DNA from: Nitrospinota bacterium
GTDB lineage: Bacteria; Nitrospinota_A; UBA7883; JACRGQ01
NCBI GenBank assembly: GCA_016194375.1
Contig: JACQBU010000063.1
Coordinates: forward strand, 1-43,593
DNA length: 43,593 bases
Direction: 5' to 3'
Shown here piece after piece: positions 8,431 through 18,791 of the stretch. Within the stretch, counting starts at the first letter, position 1. Each line of letters opens with the position of its first letter. The notes under the pieces are model-generated. The model was not told the origin of the DNA, did no database searches, and saw only the letters and a program-made list of their open reading frames with translations. Position numbers and translations under genes: made by a program.

Positions 8431-9846
8431 AGGCGGCGGAGGCGGGCCTTTATTTCGCCCGACCATAGGCGCGAGATTGTGGGGGATTCTGGCGTTCTTC
8501 CTGCTGGCGATGGTGCTGGGCATAATCGCCACGTACACGGGGACAAGGCCAACTGGGACGAATACTCGTCCCTTCGGCAGGATTTCCACGATTATTTTTC
8601 CGCCGCGTACTCGGTAGACAAGAGTCTTATACAAGAGGGCCTGTTTTCCCCGGCAATACAGAAAAACGTCGAGAAGGTCGGCATCCTTCTTCCAAAACTG
8701 CACGGACGGATAGACAGGGCGATAAACACCAAATACGCGCTTTTCGAGCGCATGATATCCGTCTCCAAAAAGGAGGCGGCGGGCATAATAATAGAACAGA
8801 CCCTTTTTCTCGTGACGTTGGCGCTGGCGGGTTTTGTGCTCGTGTTCGCCGTCATCCGGAGCATCATCAAGCCTATAACGTCGCTCGTGGCGGCCACAAA
8901 GGAGCTGGGGGCGGGCAAGCTGGACGTGAGGATCAACGTGAAATCCGCAGACGAAATCGGCGACCTGGGGGTTTCATTCAACGCCATGGCGGACAGGCTT
9001 AAGGAGGACCGGGACAGCCTGAGGGACCTGCTCGAAGAGCGTGAAAAAATGCAAAAGGTGATTTTAAAAACCAACAAAAACCTTAAGGAGGCGAATAGTC
9101 TGCTTCAGCAGGCCGACGTCGCCAAAACCAACTTCCTCGCCAGCATGTCCCACGAACTGCGTACTCCGCTCAACGCGATGATAAATTTTACCGCGCTGGT
9201 GATTGAGGACTGGGACGACCTGAAAACCGACGAGAAGTGGTTCGCAAAGGCAAAGGACATGCTCGAACGGGTCAAAAGCTCGAGCTACCACCTTCTTGAC
9301 ATGATAAACGACATCCTCGACCTCGCAAAAATAGAGTCGGGAAAAATGACGCTCGACCTGCAGGAGGCCGACCTGGCCGAGATAGCGGGGGATTGCGCGG
9401 CGTCGCTCGAGTCGCTGGCGAAAAAGAAAGACTTGCGGCTAATCCTGAACGTCGAGAAGACCCCCAATCCGATAATTTGTGACAGACGCAAGGTCAAGCA
9501 AATAGTCCTGAACCTTCTGGGCAACGCGATAAAGTTCACCGACTCCGGGCAAATAACCGTTTCCGTCCGCAGGGAGGGGGCGGACGAACGTTGGTACGCC
9601 CTGGAGGTTGCCGACACCGGCATAGGAATAGACCCCAAACATCAACAAATCATCTTTAACCGGTTCGAGCAGGTGGACAACTCCGACACCCGTCTGCACG
9701 CCGGCACGGGGCTGGGCCTAAACCTGGTGAAGGAGCTGACCGAAATGCACGGGGGAAAAGTAGCCGTGGAAAGCGAACCGGGCAAGGGCTCCGTCTTTAC
9801 GGTCCATTTGCCGGACAGGGCGATTCCGCCGGTTCACGCGATTTAA
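8423..9846 (+). pseudogene. HAMP sensor histidine kinase, frameshifted/internally deleted near 8540
   Basis: First TM helix in frame 8423-8540; remainder (short periplasmic segment, TM2, HAMP, H-box MSHELRTPLN, N/G1/F/G2 boxes) in a different frame to 9846. Confidence 0.75.
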
Positions 9847-9954
9847 GTCCGAACGAGGTCGATCCGCCCGACGTTGCGCGCAATGCGGAGGCGCCTCGGC
9901 CCGAAGGCAAAAAACCGGGGTTCCGCCATGAGAAGAGCTTGATTTCATTGAAAA

Positions 9955-10032
<78 letters not shown>

Positions 10033-10121
10033 TGCGACTCCGCATTTCATCACGGATAAAAACAAACAAGGCGCCATTATATCCCCCAAAACCGGATAGT
10101 CAACAGGGTATTGAGAGTTCC

Positions 10122-11024
10122 CTAACCGGACGTTTTTATCCGGTTTCGCCCCTCTTTTTTGGCCTCGTAAAGGAGGTCGTCGGCCCTCTTTACCAGGGTT
10201 GTGAACGTCTCTCCGTCGGATGGAGTCGTGGTCGAAACCCCCATGCTCAACGTTACGCATTTGCACACCGTCGACTTCTCGTTGGCGATATTTAGGTTGG
10301 CGACGGCCTGTTGAAATGTTCTTGCGACCGAATACGCCCCCTCCGCCGAGGTGTTCGGAAGGATGCACGCAAACTCCTCCCCGCCGTATCTTGCAACCAT
10401 GTCGGAGGGCCTGTGCAGGCTCTCCTCGAGGCATCGGGCGATTTTCCTCAGGCAGTCGTCGCCCGGCAGGTGGCCGTATTTGTCGTTGAAAGGCTTAAAA
10501 AAGTCTATGTCCATCAATATCAGCGAAATCGGTTTTTGTTCGCGATGCATCCTGGACCACTCCTTGGCGAGCACGTCGTCAAAACATCTCCTGTTGTTTA
10601 TTCCGGTCAGGCCGTCCTTCATGGTCTGGTGTTCCAATTCGTCGCGGTATTGCTTAAGGACGAGGTGAGTCTTGACCCTCGCCCTGACCAAGGAAATGTT
10701 GAACGGCTTTGTTATGTAGTCCACCGCCCCGACCTCGAACCCCATGGCCTCGTCCTCCTCGGAACCCAATGCCGTGACGAAGATGACCGGAATGGATTTG
10801 CTTTCCTGAATGGACTTGAGCGCCACACAAACGGCGTACCCGTCCATCTCCGGCATCATGACGTCAAGAAGTATCAAATCGGGTTGTTTTGACTGCGCAA
10901 TGTCCAGAGCTTCCCTGCCGGAATAGGCCGTTAACACGTCGCAGTCGTTTTTGAGGGCTTCCTTAAGAACCCAAATATTGGGCGGGGTGTCGTCAACAAT
11001 TAGAACCGATTGTTTTTTAATCAT
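10122..11024 (-). CDS. Response regulator diguanylate cyclase (REC-GGDEF)
   Basis: REC domain; DGLTGINNRR, DIDFFKPFND, RPSD I-site, GGEEF active site. Confidence 0.95.
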   Translation of the reverse strand: MIKKQSVLIVDDTPPNIWVLKEALKNDCDVLTAYSGREALDIAQSKQPDLILLDVMMPEMDGYAVCVALKSIQESKSIPVIFVTALGSEEDEAMGFEVGAVDYITKPFNISLVRARVKTHLVLKQYRDELEHQTMKDGLTGINNRRCFDDVLAKEWSRMHREQKPISLILMDIDFFKPFNDKYGHLPGDDCLRKIARCLEESLHRPSDMVARYGGEEFACILPNTSAEGAYSVARTFQQAVANLNIANEKSTVCKCVTLSMGVSTTTPSDGETFTTLVKRADDLLYEAKKEGRNRIKTSG

Positions 11025-11160
11025 AAATCTTTTTCGCCAATTTTTATGCCCTTAAGTCCACAGTCTTGCAATGTTACCATAAATTTGCCGTCTGCAAGGG
11101 GCGGAAGGCTCAAAAATGTCAACTTGCAGTTTTGGTCGATTCACGGTATTGGTAAACAGT

Positions 11161-13149
11161 ATGCCGCCGTTAAACAGCATCGGGAAAGACAACCCGGCAA
11201 AACAGACCCCGCTAAACGAACGCCAGCTCGAGGCCGTAAACCACGACTACGGGCCCGCGCTTGTCCTGGCCGGGGCGGGCTCGGGCAAGACAAGGGTGAT
11301 AACGACCCGCACCGCCAGGCTTGTTTCCGAGGGTTTGGCCCGTCCGGACGAGATATTGTGCGTGACCTTCACAAACAAGGCCGCAAACGAGATGCGGGCG
11401 CGCGTGGCCGCCCTGCTCGGATTTTCCGCGGACTCAATTTGGACGTCGACCTTTCACGCCGCCTGCCTTAGGATACTAAGGCGGGAACATTCGGCGGCGG
11501 GTTATGAAAAGATGCCGGTGATCTTCGACGCCACCGACCAAAAATCGCTGGTAAAGGCGATAATAAAAGAAAACGGGATATCCGACGAGGACCTCCCGCA
11601 CCGTAAGATGACGGGGCTCATAAGTCGGTATAAGAACGAGATGAAAGGCCCGGACGACATGGCCAAGAACCCCCAACTGCGCGGTTCCGCCGTAAAATTG
11701 GCCTCCATATTTCACGAATACCAAGGCCGGCTTAAATCCAACAACGCCGTTGATTTCGACGACCTGTTGTCGCTTTGCATATCAATATTTGGGAACCGGC
11801 CGGACATACTAGAACGGTACCAACGGCAGTTCAGGTTCGTCATGGTGGACGAATTCCAAGACACAAACGCGGCGCAGTACCGCCTGGTTAAAATGCTCGC
11901 GGGGGAGCGCAAAAACCTGCTAGCCGTGGGGGACGACGACCAGTCCATCTACCGATGGCGCGGTGCGAAAGTCGGGAACATCTTCGATTTCGAGCGCGAC
12001 TATCCAGACTGCAAGGTGATTTTATTGGAGGAAAACTACAGGTCGACGGGGAACATCCTTCGCGCCGCGTCGTCCGTCGTGAAAGAGGTGGGCGGGAGGA
12101 AGGAAAAGACCCTGTGGACGCGGCAGAAACCCGGGGAGCCGGTGACGTTGTTCGTCACCGAGAACGGATACGAGGAGGCGCACTGCGTTGCGATGGAGAT
12201 AACCAAGTTGGCGAAATGCGGGGCGAGCTACGGCGATTTCGCCGTGTTCTACAGGACCAACGCCCAATCCCGACTGATCGAGGACGCCATGAACGCCTGG
12301 AAAATACCGTACCGCGTTTACGGCGGCCTAAAATTCTACGAGCGCAAGGAGATAAAAGACCTGCTTTCATGGCTGAGGCTCGCGGTCAACGAGAGGGACG
12401 ACGTCAGCTTCCGCCGTGCCATCACGTCGCCTTCGCGCGGAGTCGGGGCGACGAGCCTGGCAAAACTCTCCGCCTATGCCGCCGCGACGGGCGTGCCGAT
12501 GCTGGCCGCCGCCGCCTCGCCCGACGCGGGCGTTCCCTCCGTGGCCAAAAGGGAGCTGGCGAAATTTGCCTCCATGGTTTCGCAAATCGCCCAAAAAATC
12601 CGAACGGAACCGGCGGCGGACGTCATCAAGTTTACGGTCGAAAACACCGGGTATCTTCAATCCCTTTCGGAGAAAAAAACGGCCCAGGACAACGTAAGGG
12701 CGGAAAACCTGATGGAGCTGGCCTCCGCGGCAGGTGAGGAGGAGGACGTCACGGAGTTCCTCGACCGCATAACTCTTGCCTCGGAGGCCGACAGGGTGGA
12801 GGAGGGGAGGGGGGCGGTTTCAATAATGACCCTCCACGTATCAAAGGGGCTTGAGTTTCCCGTCGTCTTCATGGTCGGGATGGAGGACGGACTGCTACCG
12901 CACGTGAACTCGATGGAGAAGACGGAGGAAATGAACGAAGAAAGACGGCTCTGCTACGTCGGCATGACGCGCGCGATGAAAAAACTCCATCTCTCCAGGG
13001 CCTTGAGCAGGAACCTGTTCGGCGCTTGGACCAGAGCTAATCCGTCCGTCTTTCTTTCCTCGTTGCCGGAGGATGTCCTCGACGTAAAAGATAGCGCCAG
13101 GGGCTTCGGGACGAGAACGGATGGAACGCGGGAGAAAGTCTGGAGATAG
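11161..13149 (+). CDS. uvrD: ATP-dependent DNA helicase UvrD/PcrA (SF1A)
   Basis: AGAGSGKT, TFTNKAA, DEFQDTN, VGDDDQSIYRWRGA, LEENYRST, TLHVSKGLEF, EERRLCYVGMTRA; start 11161 or 11116. Confidence 0.93.
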   Translation: MPPLNSIGKDNPAKQTPLNERQLEAVNHDYGPALVLAGAGSGKTRVITTRTARLVSEGLARPDEILCVTFTNKAANEMRARVAALLGFSADSIWTSTFHAACLRILRREHSAAGYEKMPVIFDATDQKSLVKAIIKENGISDEDLPHRKMTGLISRYKNEMKGPDDMAKNPQLRGSAVKLASIFHEYQGRLKSNNAVDFDDLLSLCISIFGNRPDILERYQRQFRFVMVDEFQDTNAAQYRLVKMLAGERKNLLAVGDDDQSIYRWRGAKVGNIFDFERDYPDCKVILLEENYRSTGNILRAASSVVKEVGGRKEKTLWTRQKPGEPVTLFVTENGYEEAHCVAMEITKLAKCGASYGDFAVFYRTNAQSRLIEDAMNAWKIPYRVYGGLKFYERKEIKDLLSWLRLAVNERDDVSFRRAITSPSRGVGATSLAKLSAYAAATGVPMLAAAASPDAGVPSVAKRELAKFASMVSQIAQKIRTEPAADVIKFTVENTGYLQSLSEKKTAQDNVRAENLMELASAAGEEEDVTEFLDRITLASEADRVEEGRGAVSIMTLHVSKGLEFPVVFMVGMEDGLLPHVNSMEKTEEMNEERRLCYVGMTRAMKKLHLSRALSRNLFGAWTRANPSVFLSSLPEDVLDVKDSARGFGTRTDGTREKVWR

Positions 13150-13153
13150 CGGG

Positions 13154-13897
13154 TTACCGCTTCGCGTCAATCAAGCGGCTGGGCGGTTTGAAAAAGAAAA
13201 AAACGCCGTGGTCGGCGCTGAAATGCAACAGCGAGAACCCCGCGAATAGAAAGAAGACGATCAAGGCGTCCTGCGGGAACTTATAGTATTCGTTTCGCGC
13301 GACGCGCTCGTTATAATCCTTTAGCGCGGTTTCCAACACCGGCCATTTTTCATCAAAGGTTTCGAGGGACAGGCCCAACTCCAGATGTTTTTCGCGCAAG
13401 TGTCTTTTATGCGCCTCTAGGTCGTAAACGGGGGGCACGTCTTGTATGCACACAAATCCACGGTCGTTCGTCAAATCGTAAAGCCTTTTGATCAACAGTT
13501 GGTAGGAGTCGACGTCCTTATGCAGGTGGTAAAAAGAGCGTTGAAATATAAAAACGTCCTGTTTGTCCAGGGCGTGGATGACCTGGTCGAGCCTGTTCTT
13601 CATGAATACGCACTGTTTGCCAAGGCGCGGCCTGGCCCTTTCAAGCATGGATTCCGACGGTTCGACGAGAAGAAGTTCCACGTCGGGTCTTTGTTTCAGG
13701 AGCATCCGGGAAAAATAACCCGTGCCTCCCCCCACCTCGCATACCTTGGATTTTGCCCCGAGCAGGCCGGCGACAAAATCCATGAAATATTTGTTCGACG
13801 GCGAGAAGCGCTCGTCCGAGAAATAATCGAAAACCGTCGAATATTCCCCGTAAACGTCCTCCGGGCCGGTTTGTAGAAGCGCGCCGTTATGAAGCAT
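13154..13897 (-). CDS. Class I SAM-dependent methyltransferase
   Basis: VCEVGGGTG motif I, LLVEPSESMLERAR motif II. Confidence 0.75.
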   Translation of the reverse strand: MLHNGALLQTGPEDVYGEYSTVFDYFSDERFSPSNKYFMDFVAGLLGAKSKVCEVGGGTGYFSRMLLKQRPDVELLLVEPSESMLERARPRLGKQCVFMKNRLDQVIHALDKQDVFIFQRSFYHLHKDVDSYQLLIKRLYDLTNDRGFVCIQDVPPVYDLEAHKRHLREKHLELGLSLETFDEKWPVLETALKDYNERVARNEYYKFPQDALIVFFLFAGFSLLHFSADHGVFFFFKPPSRLIDAKR

Positions 13898-13913
13898 ATT
13901 GTGTCTCCTTATA

Positions 13914-14273
13914 TTATTGATTTACGCCCGCAAGAAAATTTGCCGTTGAAATTCCCCACGAATTCTCCACGTGAACCGCCTTTCCCGTCACGTTGGCCCG
14001 CGATATTTGCACGTTGATGAACGAATAAAGTCTGTCGAGTTGAACGGCTATCTCGCCGCCCTCGGTTTGGTTCAGTGAGCCGTGGAGTTGGCCGACTATC
14101 CTCAACGCTTTGGATAGGTATGCGCTCCTGCCGGGCGCGTCGTTCAGCTCGATCCTATTTCTGGCCTCCCTAAGAAAGCGGATGGCGCCGTCGTACAGCA
14201 TCAACACGAGTTTCATCCTGTTGGCGGTGCTCACGTCGTTTAACTTGTAGGTCTGGGAATGATTGGCCGGCAT
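13914..14273 (-). CDS. fliS: Flagellar export chaperone FliS (C-terminal helix looks altered)
   Basis: KLVLMLYDGAIRFL, SLNQTEGGEIAVQLDRLY; directly downstream of fliD. Confidence 0.9.
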   Translation of the reverse strand: MPANHSQTYKLNDVSTANRMKLVLMLYDGAIRFLREARNRIELNDAPGRSAYLSKALRIVGQLHGSLNQTEGGEIAVQLDRLYSFINVQISRANVTGKAVHVENSWGISTANFLAGVNQ

Positions 14274-14295
14274 CGTCTTCTCCTATTTTTCTTAG

Positions 14296-16131
14296 TCAGG
14301 CCGTGCTGTTGTTGGATGTCCTTGGCATCGTCCATCCGGGCAGATAGTTGAGCTGTTGCGTCAAATACTGGCCCTGCGCCTGCAGACTTGCGAGCTGTTT
14401 CTCCAAATTAGTGAACTGTTGTTGCAGGGTTGTTTTCATCTGCGCCGCGCGGGCGTTTATCCGGCCAATCTGGGTCTGGAGGTCTTGGTTGTTCTGAGTA
14501 AGCGAGTTTTCGGCCGTGGTTATAAGGCCGCCGTTGTAGCTGGAAAAATTCTTAACCCGGGCGTCGACCATAAGCGCCGCGCCGCCGGAAAAGGTCCAGG
14601 TCCCCGTCCCCGCCGCGGTGGAGGAAGCCAAAAGGACGACCCCGTCAAGCGCGCTTCCGGCGGGGCCCGTGAAATAGCCGTTGCCGGCGTTTGTCATGGT
14701 GACCGCGGCGCCGGCGCCCTTGAGTTGCATCGTCAGTATGCCGGCGGAGTCCATCGTGCTGGCGTAAACGCCGGGGGTCGCGTTGCCAAGCGACGAGACG
14801 AAGGAGTATGTAGAAGCCGCGCCGGTTCCGCTCGCGCTTGGCGTGAAGAGATTTTGCAGGGCCGTAGGGTTTGCCTGAAGGGCCTGCGTCAGTGCGTTTG
14901 TGTCGACCGTAATCGTGTTCCCTTGAAAGTAATTAGTGTTTATTCCGACGTCGGACATGGAGCCATAGGCGTTGCTCGTGTTGCCGATACCCGTGCCGGC
15001 TCCGGAAAAGACGCCCTGAAGAGTCGTTTGGATGGTCTGCAGGGTCGAGTCAGCAAACAACGGTGGCTGTGTCGCGGCGGTTGGGTCGTATGTTTCCTGG
15101 GCGTTGATGAAACTCGTCACGCTGTCGTAGGCCGCCACGAAATTGGTTATGTTTTTGACCGTAGTGGCGACGTCGTTTGACAGGTTGATGGTGCCGGAAC
15201 CAAGCGCCGTCAAAGACATGCTTAGCCCCGGGATTATGTCCGTGATGTTGTTGGACGACCTCTTGATGCTTATCCCGTCCACCGTCAGGGCGGCGTCGAC
15301 CGCCGAGGCGTATGCCGAACTTCCGCCCAGCGAGGTCGCCTCCGAGGCGCTGTTGGCGAAATCAAGCGTGCCGGTTTTGGCGCCCGAGGCGGAGCCGTTG
15401 GTCGAGACAGTAAACGCGTTAACGGCGCCGGAGTTCGCGGCGGCCAGTTGCATCACGTAATTTGGGGTGGCGCCGGACGCGGCGGTGTTCACAACCGTCG
15501 CCCTCACGCCGATGTTGGCCGCGTTAATGGCCGACTGGAGTCCCTCGAGCGTGGTTTGGTTGAAGGCGGTGGTTTTGCCGGAAGCCGTGTTCGTTATCGC
15601 CAGGCTCGTCAGGCCGCTTATGGCGGTGGTTGTGGAGGAATAACCCTGGGCGCCGACCGTCTCCTGCTGTTGGGCGAGCGCGCCCACCGTTATGCCGTGC
15701 GAACCGGGTGCTATGTTGGCGGTTGCGTTTAAATTAAGTATACTCGGGTTGCCCGCGACACCGTTGGTAAAACTCGCGGTCGTACCCATGAACGTTGCGG
15801 GGTTTTCGATGGCTTGAGCCGCGTTTTGAAGGGTGTTTAGCATGGTTGTCAGCGACAGCCACGCCGCCTGTTTGTTGTTGTTGGTTGTCTGTTGGTTTTG
15901 AAGGGCGGCTATAGGCTGGGTTTCCAACGCCATCAACTGGTTGATTATGCCGCTGGTGTCCATTCCCGACGCCAGCCCGCTTATTGACAGCAGGCCGGAG
16001 CTGGTGGTTGTGGCCGCGCTGTTCAGGCTTACGAGCCCGGAGGTCGTCGTAGTCGCGGCTGGCGTTTTCGCGCCGGAGGTCGTAGTCGGCGCGGTTGTGG
16101 ACGCCAAACTGGCGACGCTCGATGTGGCCAT
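14296..16131 (-). CDS. fliD: Flagellar filament cap protein FliD
   Basis: GLASGMDTSGIINQLMALE N-domain, DAALTVDGISIKRSSN, C-terminal QQFTNLEKQLASLQAQ; Thr/Ser-rich N-terminal extension. Confidence 0.92.
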   Translation of the reverse strand: MATSSVASLASTTAPTTTSGAKTPAATTTTSGLVSLNSAATTTSSGLLSISGLASGMDTSGIINQLMALETQPIAALQNQQTTNNNKQAAWLSLTTMLNTLQNAAQAIENPATFMGTTASFTNGVAGNPSILNLNATANIAPGSHGITVGALAQQQETVGAQGYSSTTTAISGLTSLAITNTASGKTTAFNQTTLEGLQSAINAANIGVRATVVNTAASGATPNYVMQLAAANSGAVNAFTVSTNGSASGAKTGTLDFANSASEATSLGGSSAYASAVDAALTVDGISIKRSSNNITDIIPGLSMSLTALGSGTINLSNDVATTVKNITNFVAAYDSVTSFINAQETYDPTAATQPPLFADSTLQTIQTTLQGVFSGAGTGIGNTSNAYGSMSDVGINTNYFQGNTITVDTNALTQALQANPTALQNLFTPSASGTGAASTYSFVSSLGNATPGVYASTMDSAGILTMQLKGAGAAVTMTNAGNGYFTGPAGSALDGVVLLASSTAAGTGTWTFSGGAALMVDARVKNFSSYNGGLITTAENSLTQNNQDLQTQIGRINARAAQMKTTLQQQFTNLEKQLASLQAQGQYLTQQLNYLPGWTMPRTSNNSTA

Positions 16132-16163
16132 TAGTTAAAATCCTCTTATCATATTTGCCGTCC

Positions 16164-16191
16164 TTATCGGTAACGGGGAAAAACTACTTTA
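16164..16191 (-). promoter_or_regulatory. Sigma28 (FliA) promoter of fliD
   Basis: Minus strand TAAA-N16-ACCGATAA, ~33 bp upstream of fliD ATG; GAGGA RBS follows. Confidence 0.7.
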
Positions 16192-16313
16192 GGGCTGTTT
16201 TGCCCCCGGAAAAAAAGCGAAAAAACCCCGCATATTCGGATTGACCGCAAACGCCAAAATTTAAAGAAAAAAGGTTGAATTAAGCGCACAAATGGAAATA
16301 TCATGAACATTGC

Positions 16314-18791
16314 ATGGCTGGGCGCAAAACTTCTCCTAAAGCAAAAAAAAGCAAGGACGAGGTTGCGTCGTTTGTCACGTCCATAAAAAATCATGTTCTT
16401 GCGACCCTTGCCAAGGACCCCTCCAGATCCCGCCTTTACGACGTATATAACGCCACCTCATACGCGGTAAGGGACCGCCTGATAGAAAGATGGGTGAAAA
16501 CCCAGGACGCGTACTATAAATCGAACGCAAAAAGAGTCTATTACCTTTCGATGGAATTTCTCGCCGGGCGCACGTTGGGCAACAGCCTCGTCAACATGGG
16601 GTTGACCGACCTGTGCCACGAGGCGACGCACGAGCTGGGGTACGACCTAGAGGAAGTTCGGGAGGCGGAATGGGACGCCGGGCTTGGCAACGGCGGGCTC
16701 GGCCGGCTTGCGGCCTGCTTCCTTGATTCGCTGGCGACGCTTGAGATACCGTCCTATGGATATGGCATTCACTACGAATACGGCATTTTCTACCAGAAGA
16801 TAGTCAACGGCGGCCAAGTCGAGGTGCCGGACAACTGGCTCCGTTACGGCAACCCGTGGGAGTTCTCCCGGCAGGGATACCTGTATCCGGTCAACTTCTA
16901 CGGACGGGTGGACCAGTTTGTGGACGACCACGGTAGCCTGCGAAACGAATGGGTGGACACCGAGAAGGTCATGGCGATGGCCTGCGACACCCCCGTGCCG
17001 GGATACAAAAACAACCACGTCATCAACATGCGGCTCTGGGTCGCGCGCTCTTCCCGCGAGTTTGACCTGAGCTTCTTCAACCAAGGGGACTACATCAGGG
17101 CCCTTGAGGACAAGATGAGGTCCGAGACCATCTCCAAGGTCCTTTATCCGAGCGACCATATGGCGGAGGGCAGGGAACTGAGGCTTAAACAGCAGTATTT
17201 TCTCGTCTGCGCCACGCTTCAGGACATCGTCAGGAGACACGAGAAACACAACAAAAGCTTCGATAATTTTCCCGAAATGGTCGCCATTCAGTTGAACGAC
17301 ACCCACCCCGTGTTGTCCATCCCGGAGCTGATGAGGATACTGGTGGACAAGAATGGCTACGATTGGGACGCCGCTTGGGATCTCACCGTGAGGACCTTCG
17401 GCTACACCAACCACACCCTTATGCCCGAGGCGCTCGAAAGGTGGTCCGCGGCGCTCCTTGGAGCCGTCCTGCCCAGGCACCTCCAGATAATTTACGAGAT
17501 AAACAGGCGTTTTCTGGAGCATGTGGCGAAGGCGTTCCCCGGCGACGCCGAGATGATAAGAAGGGTCTCCATCATCGAGGAGGGGAAGGAAAAGATGGTC
17601 CGAATGGCCCATCTCGCCATAGTCGGCTCCCACTCCGTCAACGGCGTTTCGGCGTTGCACACGGAACTGCTTAAAACGAGGGTCTTGAGCGATTTCGACA
17701 AAATTTTCCCCGGCAGGTTCAACAACAAAACAAACGGCATAACCCCCAGAAGGTGGCTTAAGAAGTGCAACCCGGGACTTTCCGACCTAATAACCTCCAA
17801 AATAGGCGAGGGATGGGTCACAAACCTGGACCAGTTGAAAAAACTGGCCCCTTTCGCAAAGGACGGGAGGTTTAGGGAGGAATGGAGGGCGGTAAAACAG
17901 GGGAATAAGGAGCGGCTTGCAAAATATATCCGCGAACACGAAGGCCCGACGGTCAACACGGACTCCATGTTCGACGTGCAGGTCAAGCGGATACATGAAT
18001 ACAAAAGGCAGTTGCTGAACGTCCTGCACGTGATAACGACGTATAACCGCATTAAGGCCGCGCCGTCGGCAAAAGATTTCACGCCGAGAACCGTCATTTT
18101 CGGGGGGAAGGCCGCGCCCAGCTACCAAATGGCAAAACTGACCATAAAACTCATCAACTCCGTGGCCGACGTCGTGAACGAGGACAAACAGATCGGGGAC
18201 AGGCTCAAGGTGGTTTTCCTGGCAAATTACCGCGTGTCGCTCGCGGAAAAAATAATGCCCGCGGCGGACCTCTCGGAACAGATTTCCACCGCCGGCACCG
18301 AGGCGTCCGGCACCGGCAACATGAAGTTCGCCCTAAACGGCGCGCTGACCATAGGAACGCTCGACGGCGCCAACATCGAGATAATGGAGGAGGTCGGCGC
18401 CGAAAACATCTTCATTTTCGGACACACGGCGGAGGAGGTCGCCAAGATGGGGCGCGAGGGGTACAACCCGGTTGAATACTACGAGAACAACCCGGAGCTC
18501 AAAAAGGCCGTTGACATGATTGGCAACGGGTATTTTTCGCCGTTTCAAACCAACCTGTTCGCGCCCATAGTCGAATCACTTCTCGTCCACGGCGACAACT
18601 TCAGGGTGCTCGCCGACTACGCCTCCTACGTAGAGTGCCAGGACAGGGTGTCGGCCGCGTTCAAGAACAAAAATATTTGGGACAAAATGTCCATACTTAA
18701 CACCGCCAACATGGGTAAATTTTCAAGCGATCGCACAATTTTGGAATACGCCAAGGAGATATGGAACGTCAAACCCGTCCATGTCTCTTGA
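16314..18791 (+). CDS. glgP: Glycogen/starch/alpha-glucan phosphorylase
   Basis: GLGNGGLGRLAACF, QLNDTHP, KRIHEYKRQ, EASGTGNMKF PLP-binding motif. Confidence 0.97.
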   Translation: MAGRKTSPKAKKSKDEVASFVTSIKNHVLATLAKDPSRSRLYDVYNATSYAVRDRLIERWVKTQDAYYKSNAKRVYYLSMEFLAGRTLGNSLVNMGLTDLCHEATHELGYDLEEVREAEWDAGLGNGGLGRLAACFLDSLATLEIPSYGYGIHYEYGIFYQKIVNGGQVEVPDNWLRYGNPWEFSRQGYLYPVNFYGRVDQFVDDHGSLRNEWVDTEKVMAMACDTPVPGYKNNHVINMRLWVARSSREFDLSFFNQGDYIRALEDKMRSETISKVLYPSDHMAEGRELRLKQQYFLVCATLQDIVRRHEKHNKSFDNFPEMVAIQLNDTHPVLSIPELMRILVDKNGYDWDAAWDLTVRTFGYTNHTLMPEALERWSAALLGAVLPRHLQIIYEINRRFLEHVAKAFPGDAEMIRRVSIIEEGKEKMVRMAHLAIVGSHSVNGVSALHTELLKTRVLSDFDKIFPGRFNNKTNGITPRRWLKKCNPGLSDLITSKIGEGWVTNLDQLKKLAPFAKDGRFREEWRAVKQGNKERLAKYIREHEGPTVNTDSMFDVQVKRIHEYKRQLLNVLHVITTYNRIKAAPSAKDFTPRTVIFGGKAAPSYQMAKLTIKLINSVADVVNEDKQIGDRLKVVFLANYRVSLAEKIMPAADLSEQISTAGTEASGTGNMKFALNGALTIGTLDGANIEIMEEVGAENIFIFGHTAEEVAKMGREGYNPVEYYENNPELKKAVDMIGNGYFSPFQTNLFAPIVESLLVHGDNFRVLADYASYVECQDRVSAAFKNKNIWDKMSILNTANMGKFSSDRTILEYAKEIWNVKPVHVS

